Below are positions 51,601-62,860 of a stretch of 64,000 bases of DNA, one piece after another (position 1 is the stretch's first letter; every line of letters starts with the position of its first letter). Both the position numbers and the translations under genes were made by a program. Origin of the DNA: Thalia democratica (Eukaryota); assembly GCA_965202585.1 (NCBI GenBank), contig OZ241827.1, forward strand, positions 61,194,001 to 61,258,000, in the 5' to 3' direction. The notes beneath the pieces are model-generated. The model was not told the origin of the DNA. It saw nothing but the letters and a program-made list of their open reading frames with translations, and ran no database searches.

Positions 51601-54600
51601 CAAACGATACAAAATGGTGCGCGACGCTTGAGTTTTCTGCACATTAGTCTTATACGAACTTCAATATCGATAAAGAAGGAAAGAACGATGTTTCTTAACG
51701 TATAGATTCTGGCAAACTTGATTCATATTGTTCTATAGCTCCCGTATGCGGCCTCGCAGTACCACGTTAACTATTTGAAGTCGTACAATAGCTTACGTTT
51801 CAGCCTCGAAGTGTTACTTAAGCTGTTTTATAATTAACCTCTGCGGCCTCGCAGTCACAAGCCAACTATTTTATATCGTACTGCCATTCACGTCTCCGGC
51901 CTCTAAGTCCCACGTGAAAAGCTGCAACTACTTCCACAAAGGAAGAGTCGCTCCGTTGAAGCGGCCTAGGTTCGCTCCGTAGGGTAGTCGAGGTATAATA
52001 ACCTGTTTAGCAATGTGCTTGATTGTTTAAATACGTTTTTACTCTCTCGTTTGCAGTTATCTCAGCATGTTAAATATTGCAGCTGTTGGAAGCTTCAGTT
52101 GTATCGGCATGTTGGAAGCTTCAGTTGTATCGACATGTTCGAAGCTTCAGTTGTCTCGACATGTTGGAAGCTTCAGTTGTATCGACATGTTGGAAGCTTC
52201 AGTTGTATCGACATGTTCGAAGCTTCAGTTGTATCGACATGTTGGAAGCTTCAGTTGTATCGACATGTTGGAAGCTTCAGTTGTCTCGACATGTTGGAAG
52301 CTTCAGTTGTCTCGACATGTTGGAAGCTTCAGTTGTATCGACATGTTGGAAGCTTCAGTTGTCTCGACATATTGGAAGCTTCAGTTGTCTCGACGTGTTG
52401 TAAGCTTCAGTTGTATCGACATGTTGGAAGCTTCAGTTGTATCAACATGTTGGAAGCTTCAGTTGTCTCGACGTGCTCGAAGCTTCAGTTGTATCGACAT
52501 GTTGGAAGCTTCAGTTGTATCGACATGTTGGAAGCTTCAGTTGTATCAACATGTTGGAAGCTTCAGTTGTATCAACATGTTGGAAGCTTAAGTTGTATCA
52601 ACATGTTGGAAGCTTCAGTTGTATCGACATGTTGGAAGCTTCAGTTGTATCGACATGTTGGAAGCTTCAGTTGTCTCGACGTGTTGTAAGCTTCAGTTGT
52701 ATCGACATGTTGGAAGCTTCAGTTGTCTCGACATGTTGGAAGCTGCAGGTGACTCGGTATGTTGGAAGCTTCAGTTGTCTCGGCATGTTGGAAGCTTTAG
52801 TTGTATCGACATGTTGGATGTTTCAGTTGTCTCGACATGTTGGAAGCTTCAGTTGTCTTGACGTTTTGGAAGCTTCAGTTGTCTCGACATGTTGGAAGCT
52901 GCAGGTGACTCGGCATGTTGGAAGCTTTAGTTGTGTCGACATGTTGGAAGCTTCAGTTGCCTCGACATGTTGCAAGCTTTAGTTGTCTCGACATGTTGGA
53001 AGCTTTAGTTGTCTCGACATGTTGCAAGCTTTAGTTGTCTCGACATGTTTTTATTAGTCAGCTTACATTCTCACCTGGCTTTCACACGGCACAAAATACA
53101 AAACCTTATTTTTTGCCTTGGTCAATCAAAAAATATCGAGTAGTACTTAAGATATAAATTAGAAATTTTTTTATATTGTTTATTTGAAACTCGTGTTTTA
53201 TAAAGAAATAATTAAAAAATTTTTGAAAATTTATTTTAAAACAATTTTGATGCATGTACCGATATATGGACAATTGAAATAAAATATGTATGATTTCACA
53301 CCATTGTCCAACAACGTCAATAATGTTTTATAAAACTTTTGCAAAAAATACAACAAACTTTTTTTTAAATTAAAAGTCAAAAATTATTATTTTATTTTTG
53401 TAAAACAAATAACCTTTTGCAGCTGCTTCGTCTTTTTCGGCCCACTTGACTTTTTCCCTGACTTGGTCGAGTTGACTTTCTCTCACAAGTTTCGTTTCCC
53501 CTTCGTTTTGTGGAAGACGGCCTTAAATTGTGAAAAGCAATTTTATTGTTTGCAAGTCTTTTCGTACTTGTTGTAAAAAAAATCCTTAACTTGTTTTAAA
53601 TATACAATATTTTTTTTACTTTTAATCACTTCTTTATGAGCAAGGAATAGTGTAAAATTTATTGTTTAGTTTATATCAAAACGTGACTAAAAATAAATGT
53701 ATCTCAAATATTTATACGTTACATGACTAAGTGTTTTAGACTAAAACAAACGTAATTAAATTTATATTGGCTGTAGCAAATAACCAGATAAATTTTTGTC
53801 AATCTCTAGTTATACGTGTAATAAAATCAAATATCATAGAAAGTATTTTACCTTCATAGAGAAAAGAGTAAGTCTTCTACCGTAAAAATATTTAAAAAAT
53901 AGTTACAAATACTTTGTTATACTGACAGAAGTTTTTTTCAAATACTTACTGACGTGACTGAAAACCGCGAATTCTGTTGATATAACTGAATACACCGGGT
54001 AAACTCGCGACCAAACCTCGTTGGTGTCTGTTGCATTTTTCTGGCTTATTGTGACCAGCTCGCAAAACCATTCTTTGCACTCTTTTGTCTTTTCTGTAAA
54101 ATTACCCAGTACAGCCGAAACGTTCATTTTGTTTAGTTTGATTAACATGTTTAGTTGAGTTTTAAAGCATAAATTTTAGTTTTTATTTTCATTGAGCTAA
54201 AATGTTTTTTGCATCTTGTTGGTCTGGTAAACTAAAAAAAATAAATGTTATCGAAAAATTAAAAAAAACTCAGTTTGAAGTATTCAGGTATTCCGACGTC
54301 TTGGGTTCTTATCACCCATTTTCCCTCTCTTCCCGGTTTGAACCGGCTTCCGTGGAATATTGCCTCCAACTTCGGCGTCTTCAGCTCCACCCACTCCGTG
54401 TCCTTGCCGTCTCCGTGGAGCTGGATGAAGAAGTCGACGAAGGCGGTAGTCAGGTGAGGATGCTTGTCAGAAGTCTGAAAAAGTGTGTTTTCTATTTCAA
54501 TTGCAAAAATACATAATATCAGTTAACTAAAGTTACATTAGCTTAGTATATTTTTTTTTTGATATATTTTACTATTAATGTATATTTACTTATTAGCTAA

Positions 54601-55300
54601 AATGTCAAAAGTCTAAAAACGGTAACTTTTTAATGCAAAACTTAATGGAAACAACTAATAAGGCAATTTAATTAGTTTATACTAATTACCACCAGTGTGA
54701 CTGTACTTTTTATACTATAAAGTAGAACGCTTAAATTTGATTTTATGCAAAGCGAGATACATCTAAACCATTTTTGAATGTTTTACCATCAGTAAAAAGT
54801 TTGATAAGTATTATTAAAGATGAAATTAAATTATTTTTAAGTTCAAAAAAGTTTCTTAAAATTAATGAAATTTTAAAACTTTTGAGAAACTACTGAGTTC
54901 GAAAATGTCCAAATGTATGTATTGAAGACTCGTAATGCCCCTTAATGTAAAAAAGATAACTACTTAAAATAGTAAAAACTACAACGAAATTTTGTATTAT
55001 TTTTACATAACAAAGTAAACCTTGTTATTACAGTCATAAATAAGCATAAAAGTACTAATAATAACTTTCTAAAGTAAGTTGTTAGAAGTAAAGCTTTTAA
55101 ATTTAATTTTTATCCTAACTTAGTTAAATAAAAATTTCTTTAGACTTAATTTTAGAGCATTATAATCAAGCATTCTTGCAATAAAAGTCTTAGATACTTT
55201 TTTTAAACCTACAAAATAAAAATTTACAAAGGGACCTAATAAACTTTAAAAAAAGATCTAAACTAACCTTTATAATTACTTCGTATTCGGTTTTTGACAT
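42449..55300 (-). CDS. Lipoxygenase LOX-A (PLAT/LH2 + non-heme iron LOX catalytic domain), complete 15-exon gene, 2091 nt CDS / 696 aa
   Basis: Manually assembled exons (minus): 55300-55268, 54474-54270, 54093-53950, 53521-53414, 50754-50617, 50541-50445, 48787-48634, 48417-48157, 47837-47645, 46404-46324, 46119-46004, 45467-45348, 44726-44592, 44321-44220, 42652-42449. All introns are GT-AG, phases are mutually consistent and there are no internal stops. LOX motifs: PIAIQL, WLLAK, HYSMTH..E, HPMYKLLRPH, IPNYYY, AQHSAVNFAQ, PNCP, C-terminal PKSIAI*. Confidence 0.95.
44220..46404 (-). CDS. LOX-A exons 10-14 (46404-46324, 46119-46004, 45467-45348, 44726-44592, 44321-44220)
   Basis: In-phase AG/GT exons: YNIEDLNMP; GVHPDKIPNYYY..IW..YYNSD; DVEVQNF..GMP; AQHSAVNFAQY..PNCP; LDSLPS. 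Confidence 0.92.
47645..47837 (-). CDS. LOX-A exon 9 (iron-ligand helix HYSMTH)
   Basis: WIIHYSMTHATIE...HPMYKLLRPH...ALARLALIP; ccacag acceptor / gttagt donor. Confidence 0.95.
48157..48787 (-). CDS. LOX-A exons 7 (48787-48634) and 8 (48417-48157)
   Basis: WDTDQGMGQQ..CKEIPDHFKVT; GKLFISDF..APATCLF..PIAIQL..WLLAK, canonical LOX motifs. Confidence 0.95.
50445..50754 (-). CDS. LOX-A exons 5 (50754-50617) and 6 (50541-50445)
   Basis: AG/GT boundaries in phase; QLRYISAGDKYFDLPLD...; FLTKIDELSDYHKV...; separated by a 75-nt intron. Confidence 0.85.
52084..53048. repeat. 26-bp minisatellite (gaagcttcagttgtatcgacatgttg), ~37 units, in LOX-A intron 4
   Basis: Highly homogeneous units; explains the overlapping ORF-track entries 52015-52982. 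Confidence 0.95.
53414..53521 (-). CDS. LOX-A exon 4 (RLPQNEGETKLVRESQLDQVREKVKW)
   Basis: AG/GT, phase 1-1; matches the LP...R..L...R..Y.W linker pattern of animal LOX. Confidence 0.85.
53950..54093 (-). CDS. LOX-A exon 3 (PLAT: KECKEWFCELVTI...YPVYSVI)
   Basis: ttacag acceptor / gtaagt donor, phase 1-1; W.C..V and YPVY PLAT motifs. Confidence 0.9.
54270..54474 (-). CDS. LOX-A exon 2 (PLAT: TSDKHPHLTTAFVDFFIQLHGDGKDTEW...DVGIPEYFKL)
   Basis: tttcag acceptor, open frame, PLAT-like pattern (IQLHG, F..G, DVG). Confidence 0.9.
55268..55300 (-). CDS. LOX-A exon 1 (MSKTEYEVIIK)
   Basis: ATG at 55300, donor gttagt, phase 0; near-identical to LOX-B exon 1; reads as the first beta-strand of a PLAT domain. 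Confidence 0.85.
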
Positions 55301-56753
55301 TTTGTTTGTTGTTTGCTTTATTTAAAACTTTAATATGAAAAAGAAAATATATATAACAAAACAAAAGTTAACTTAATAAAATTCCTTGATTTTTTTTCAA
55401 TTTAGAATAAATAAAAAAGTAGAAAACAAAATTGACTTTATTAATATTTACCTCCTGTAAATTTACAAATGTACAATCGCAAAAATTTTTGCCGACGCAT
55501 TAAAAAAATTAGTTTCAAATACTGTTAGGTTTTGATTTTGATTTCTAAAAAACAATTTACAACTTTTGCGTATCCATGTATAAATGTTAAACACACCTAA
55601 TCACGTAAATATCTACTTCCATAATATTAAACAATTGGTATTTTTACTACTCAAACACAGTAATTAACGAAATACTAAGTTTAATCTTAGTTGCAATAAA
55701 AAAGTTATGTAATATTATTGTAGGTAACTTCATAATGGAATTAATTATTGAACCTTTCTTTTTAATTTGCATTCAAAAAACTAAAGATCATACAATTTTC
55801 TCAATAATATTGTAAAGCTAGTTATTAATATATATTTTAGTCAGTTAATTTTTTTAGTACTAAAATCGAATCTCAAACTAACTTATTTTATTAAATAGCT
55901 AACTGTAAAAAATCTGAGAAGCCGAAACTATTATATTTTTAAGCTTAGAATAAACTAAAAAGTTTGAAAAAACAAATGAAACACGTAAGAGAAAACTTTT
56001 ACCATTTTTTAACCATGTATTAAACAACGCTAAGCTCATAAGTAAACTGAAAAAAAAAATATTTAGCTTTTGAACTACTTTATAAAACTGTTTGAATTTA
56101 CAAACAACAATTGTGTTTAATGTTGTTTTACTAGATAAGCAATTTTATGAATCATAGTTTTCCGGTGACACGAAATACGTTGGTTTTACGTTTAATTACA
56201 TACCTAAAGCCACAGTTTAATGAACGAAATGACTAAGTATTACTTTTTTTTAAATAAACTGAATATAAAAAAATGTTTTTTTTTATAAGTAAAGTACCCT
56301 TATAGTGTAAAATTTTTAAAAAAGTTTGAAAGTTTTCTAAACAAAATGAACAAAGATAAAAAATATAAAAACAAACTTTTAAAAGTCAATATTTTATACA
56401 AAAATATGGAGTGCTTAAAATTATATTAAACAGTTTAAAATATTTACAAAGTTAAATAAATTTTTTTTATTAAGAAGAAATAGATAAAATTTAAGATATT
56501 ACAGTTATTATTTTTCTTTCGACCGACTATCCACACCATCGGCAATGCTTTTTGGAACTCTAATTTACCTGGGCAGAAAATAGCTTTAACATACTCATAG
56601 AATGTATAAGTAAAAAAAAAACTTCATGTGATCAGTAAACATAAAAAAAAAGATAAAGTGGCAGATCTTGAACAAGTTTATGAAAGCAAATTATTTGTTT
56701 TTCAAACGATTTCAACAGAATCGTTTGCAAAATTTAAAGATAAAAGCGCATGG

Positions 56754-56888
56754 CTAGATGGCGATGCTCTTGGGAACTCTCGAAGGCTCCATGTACAAAT
56801 ACTCCACTGTGATCTTGCTGTTCATCAGTTCGATCTCCTCGTCCAACTTCTTCAGCTGCTCCTGATACTTGTCTACCAGCTTGTTCTC
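56754..56888 (-). pseudogene. Orphan lipoxygenase 3' end: last 44 codons + stop (ENKLVDKYQEQLKKLDEEIELMNSKITVEYLYMEPSRVPKSIAI*)
   Basis: 4 differences in 135 nt versus LOX-A exon 15; homology stops near 56890; no other LOX exons recognised between 56891 and 62860. Confidence 0.8.
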
Positions 56889-59800
56889 CTTTAACCGCGA
56901 TTTAGTAAAACCTATTCTATATCACGTAAAGCTCACACTTTATTTTAGTACTTAAAATTAGGTTATTTAAGACTAAACTTATGTATTTAGTAATAAAAAA
57001 TTACTCATAAACTTTTGAAATTTACAAAATATTGACAAAACAAAATACGTTGAAATGATTTTTTTACCTTTACAATACTGTTTGTTTTTAATTTTATTAA
57101 ACTGTGTGTGAAAAAATGAAAGTTATGTCACGTATAACTAACGTATTTACCATCGGAATGCTATTTCCTTATAAAGTTAGCATACTTTTAATTAATCATT
57201 ATAATTAATTATCGCTTCTACTACTTACAGTACTTTGTAAATAAAAGTTTGTTTGATTAGCTTAAAAAAATTCAATTTTTTCTTAGAGGATTGTTAATTT
57301 ATTTGTTTACCAAAGTTGAAAACATTGAAAGAAAAGGTTCTATTGAGTTGTTTCTTTTGCTTTGTTTATTTTTTAGGTGCAGCACATAAGTTTAACTTTA
57401 CATAGTCTGTTTACAATAGTAATTTAGTTCAAAATTATGTAAATAGCAGTTTTTTAAACAACTTAATCACTGCAAATTAATAAAATTAGTTTTATATTGT
57501 TTAATGAACCAACATAAATTATTATGTTATAGATTAAAAAAGTTTTTCTTTTGTATATATGCTTATTCTATTTAGTTTTTAACAACATATATTTAAGTAT
57601 ATTTTTCATAAATTTTAGTTTCCTACCAATAAGGAAATAAAAAAAAAATAATATAGAAAAAATACTAAACACTTAGTACTAAACAAAAAATTGTAATTTA
57701 ATTGTTTTAACTTATTTCATTTTCAATACACATTATACCATAGAATACTTTTAAAAGTGGTTATACATATATTTTTTTAAACTAATCATTGTTTCTGGTT
57801 TTATATTATTAAAAATAAATTAAATATATTTATCGCAGAGCATTAAATATTTACTTAATTATTATAAACTTTTTTTTTCTTATTTATATGTGATATGTTT
57901 TCTTTTTTTAATTATTCCGATGAGATGAAAAAAAATCAAAATATAGTTAAAGTTTAAATGGCTATGATGTTTAAATGGGGTTTTTTAGTATTTTTCATTG
58001 TATAGTTAACTTAATTGTTTTTATTTCTTAAAAACAAACTGTATATTTAAATATTTAAACGAAGTTTTGAAACTAGATTACAATAACCTGATAATATGCA
58101 GACATTAAACCAAATGTTGCTTTAAATCCATTTTAGCTTGAATTTCGTCTTTAATAATTTTTCGTTTAAAACAAATACCTCAATGTTTTTTAGTTTAAAG
58201 TAAATTAAGGTAGTCAAATTTTCTTTGTCTAAAAAGACATTATAGCTTAGAAAACAAAAAAAAAAACTAATTTAAAGTGTCTCAGTAACATAATCATTTT
58301 AAATAATTAAAAAGATTAAAAAAAAATCTTTAATTTTCGGTTGATGTTAAAAATAAAAAAGCGTAAAGATAACGAAATGAGAGCATAAAATTAGTTGCAG
58401 TCAGTAATAAACTCGAAACAAATCTATATGGTACACTTGTGATAACCTGTATGCAAATTAGGTAACAGCTTCAACCGTGGTGAAAACTCCAGGATGTTGT
58501 TAGAAATAAGCTCACAGTCACGAGCGCTGTATAATCTTTTGAAAATATGAAAATCTGAAAAAATTCTAATGTTCAGTTCATTTGTTAGAATATAAAATCG
58601 CACTTTATTTTGTAAATCTTGTGTGTTTAATAAAATAACTACATTTTTCAGTTTTGAAACACAATTGATAATAAATACTATTCGATAATTGAGCTGTTAG
58701 AAATATAAGTAGTTTATTTTATTTCTCACTTTTTTTTTAATTTTTTAATGAGCTTTTGTTTTTTCAACAATCAAGAAACATAGAAAATTGTTAAGCTTTT
58801 AGCTTATTGTTAATTTTCTACAGATTATTTGATAACTCAGTAATAGTAAAAATTTTGAATTTATTTTTATAGAACAGAACTTTTTATTCTTGTAAACCTC
58901 GAGTATATAAAACAAAAATTGTTAAGATATACTGTTTCATAGATTCATATTAAGTTTAAATTGAAAGAACTTTAATACGCGCTTGTGTGTGTAAACTACC
59001 TTAGATTTTTAATGCTAAAAAAATATTTGAGTTAAAAAAACAATACGTTTTTGCTATAAATGCTTGTATATAAGCAAATTAGTATAAATATACAATTTCA
59101 AATAAACTTTCAATAAAGTAATAAAAAAACTCTGCTTTTTGTCACCTAGTTTTTAAAGTTTAATTTATCCATGTACAAATACTTTGTTTTTTATAGTTGA
59201 AAACATTATTTTACTGAGCTAAAACGTGAGCTGCTCATAAAATATGGTCGTTGCCATCAGTGCCTCTACAAATTCAGTGCAAAAATAGTAAATTTATGTG
59301 TTTGTGTTTTTAATATATAGAGTAGAAATAATTGAAAATAAAACAAATGTTGAATTTCATCTAACAATTAAATAGTTTAACTTTATTTAGACACTTAAGT
59401 TTTAGGTTTAAACCAAAAAGAACAGCAAAGTTTTATGAAAACAAATAACACAAGGTAAACTGTTCTCAGTACGAGTGTTAAAAGTTTAATAACTTTAAAT
59501 CCTTAAACGTAGTTTTTACTGTTATATAGAACTTTACAACTATTTTGTGGATATAAATAAGTTATTATAGTAAATATTTTTAGTGCATAAAGTGTTATTT
59601 TTGCTTTTTACTAGTGTACGATAACCTTACATTGACATTGTAAGGTGTTCATATTTCATTAGCAACGAACACTTTCAGTAAAATAATTCATTTGACTGAA
59701 AAACAATTGTTTTTATACATGGATAAAATAAACTTTAAAAAAAGTAAAAAAAATTTAGTAAAAAAAAAAATTAATTTGTACTTTAGTCAAAGCTTAGTCA

Positions 59801-60314
59801 TGAAATTTGTAAATGCTTCCAAAAGCTCAGTTATTAGTGTAAAAATAAAATTTTATATTGTTTTGTATTCTATTTGTAAGTATAAAAAAAACTAGAAAGT
59901 TACTAAAACGAGTACGAAAAGAATAAAAGTGTTAGTTTAGTTGAATTTTGTTTATTTATTTAGTTTGCGAGAGAAATTTGATTAGAATTGTAGGCTTGCG
60001 GCAAGCTAGATTTGTGTTAGCAAAATTAACTATTTGTTTTAGTTTATTTACTTTATTATTCTAAATCTGAAAAAAAAACTTTTTACTTGTTTTAATTTTA
60101 AATAAGCTTTAAATAATGGACTTGTATTAGTTTTTTCCATTTAGACAAATCGTTACTTAGTCTATCAAAATTATTCAAAGTCTTTTATATAACTTAGTTT
60201 TTAGAGTACTAAAATTTTCTAAAGTATAAGCGCCAAAAACCTACATTACAACGTAAAGTGTTTAAGGCATTGACTTTTTAATATAGAAGTTTAGTTTTCG
60301 CCTAAAACATTTTT

Positions 60315-60545
60315 CCCTACTAAAAGTAAAAACATGTGGCTTGATTTTTGTGTTCTCCCGCTAAAATTTCTCCGTACTAAAATAAAATAAAGGTGTAGCT
60401 TTATGGTTGGGTTTTACCGCTAAAATTCCTCCGTACTAAAAGTAAAAACATGTCGTTTTATGTTTGGGTTCTCCCGCTTAAATTTTTCCGTACTATAGTT
60501 TAAAAGATGTGTGGCTTTATGGTTGGGTTTTCCCGTGAAAGTAAC
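60315..60545. repeat. ~58-bp tandem repeat, 4 copies, followed by a gtaccacc-ttaa-like element end
   Basis: tactaaaa anchors at ~60319, 60376, 60435, 60491; shared gggtt.tcccgct. Confidence 0.75.
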
Positions 60546-62860
60546 CACAGGGTAGTACCACCTTTAAGTCGTTACATGAAGTCATCGTATAAAAATAACG
60601 TTTTGTTTTCACATAGGAATGTGCGTGAAATTAGTTAACTAAAGCGTGATTGAAAGCTAGCATACTTTTAATGTATGTATTGAGTATTTTTTAAAGTGGT
60701 TACCTAAAACCTGAAAAAGGTTTATTACTTTTGTTATTATAAAATATGTTAAGTTAATTTAAAGCTAAAATCTGAAAACCTCACACAAACTGAATTTTAC
60801 TATACCAGCAAATAGCATACCAAACAAAAAAGTTATTGTTATTTAAAGTTGTTTGAAATAAGCAGTAAATAATAATAAAATAACACATGAAACTATTTGT
60901 GTGCAGATATTATTTTGCATCGACACGACAATGTCATAAAAGAAAATTTTTAAACAATTAATTGAACTTAAAAAATTTCTATTATTATAAAAAAGTTAAA
61001 ATTAAAGTTGATAAACGTAAAAGTATTTACTTGCACGCTGGCTTTTTATGATTCAAACATTTGTCCCAAAGGTCGTGCGTATTTCGTCAAAGTGTTTGGT
61101 TTGTTATGAGAGAAAATAAACTCCCCAACGTTCGCGACGCCCGAAAGCTTTTGTTTGCAAAGTTAGCAGACTTTTAAAACAACTTTATCTAGAATTTAGT
61201 TCAATTGTCATAGATTATATTTAAAAAAATATACTTCACAGAAGAAAGCATAAAAACTAAAGGAAACTTTAATACTAATCAAAATAGCAAAGTTTAATAA
61301 GTCAATGCAGTCATTTTAAATAAATTCAACTAGTTCAATTTGAATAGTATGTTATGTTCACGTCGATTTTAGCACTACGTATAAGTTTTTTATTTTAGAA
61401 ACTTTATAGGCTTTTCAATAGTAAGCTTGCGAACTCCATTTAAAACAAAGTTCTTTAGATATCCGAAAAGTTATTATAAATTGATAGTTACGAAGCTATT
61501 TCTTTGTATTTGTTTCATATCATTTAATTGTTTTTACTAAAAGTTATGTGTGTTATTTTAAGGCGTTAGAATTGTTATGAGAAAAAAAACTCCTCAATTC
61601 GCGCGACAGCCTAAAGCTAATTCCAAACAAAGTTAGCATGCCTCTGTATAAACCATATATAAATCCATTTCGTTTTTGTAAGAAGCTGAGTTTATAATGA
61701 GTTTAGCTGAGCTGGTTAGAAAATATATGAAAAAAAAAAAAAAAGTTGTTATGATTATTTTCTTCAATATTTTATTTAATATGATTAAATTTTTTTATTT
61801 TGACACTAGATTTAGAAAAATATTTCAAAAATTTCTATATGTTCTCATAAAAATTGTTTTTGATTTAATATAAAAATAAATATATTTTGTTTGTTAATTT
61901 AAGTAGATAGTTGTTGAAAAAATCTACGGTAAAAAAGTAATGATATGTTTACTATAATGTAAGCTTAACTATTTAGAATTGATACTCAAATACTTGGGCA
62001 ATCTAATTTAAAGTTTTGAGTAGTTTTGTATACTAGTAAAACAATAGTTGTTACTTTAGTTAGGTTTTAAATGTTTCAGACATAACGTTTTACAATATTT
62101 TTTTACAACTTCTCTGCTTGGTTTCAACTTGTTTCAAAGTTCTCTCTACTTTGTATACAAAGCACAGCAATTTATATTAGTTACTTATATTTACCTTAAT
62201 CATAAAGGTTTTTTTGTTTATCAAGCTGTGTTTATTTTTTATTTGCCATCTAATGAAATAGTTTGACGAACAGTTATGCTTTTAGCACGAAAAATATCTT
62301 TTTTTTTGTCTACACTACAAGTATAAATAAAATATTTGTTACTTTATACAAACTCTATCAAACTCGTTTTAAAGTCTTAAAGTTTATTTCTAAAAGTTTT
62401 TATGATATACAACGTGCTTAATTTATAAACGTAATATTTGATAAAAATGATTTTAAAACATGCTTAAAACATTTTAAAAGACTTGATAACTTTACTTTTG
62501 TATAAAATTATCATTATTTTACTTATTATTTATAGTTGTAAACAAAAAAGAACAGATTACATATATTTAATAAAAAATACACGGTACATACATTTTATCA
62601 ATTTATGTGTCAAAACTACAAAAATATTTTTATGTAACCTGGTATTAGTCTTTTAATTAGTCATGTTTAAAGAAAATAGTTGCTTTAACTTACATTTCAA
62701 ACTTTGTATACATGAGTAAATTAAGCATAATATGATTGGTGACTAAAAATATTAAACTTTATTAAAAGTTTTCGATTAAAAGCTCCTCAAAATAGCTTTG
62801 TGTTGTTTTTTAGAGTTAAAGTTAGTTTCTACTTTTGTTTTGGTTTTAAGCAACAAAATA

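Noticed and set aside
52015-52982. Five overlapping ORFs of 80-224 aa; superficial CRISPR-like regularity
   Set aside because: Pure 26-bp tandem repeat with no unique spacers and no cas genes in a eukaryotic intron; the ORFs are repeat by-products
54202-56894. Plus-strand ORFs 54202-54516, 54275-54457 and 56628-56894
   Set aside because: Antisense shadows of GC-rich LOX exons
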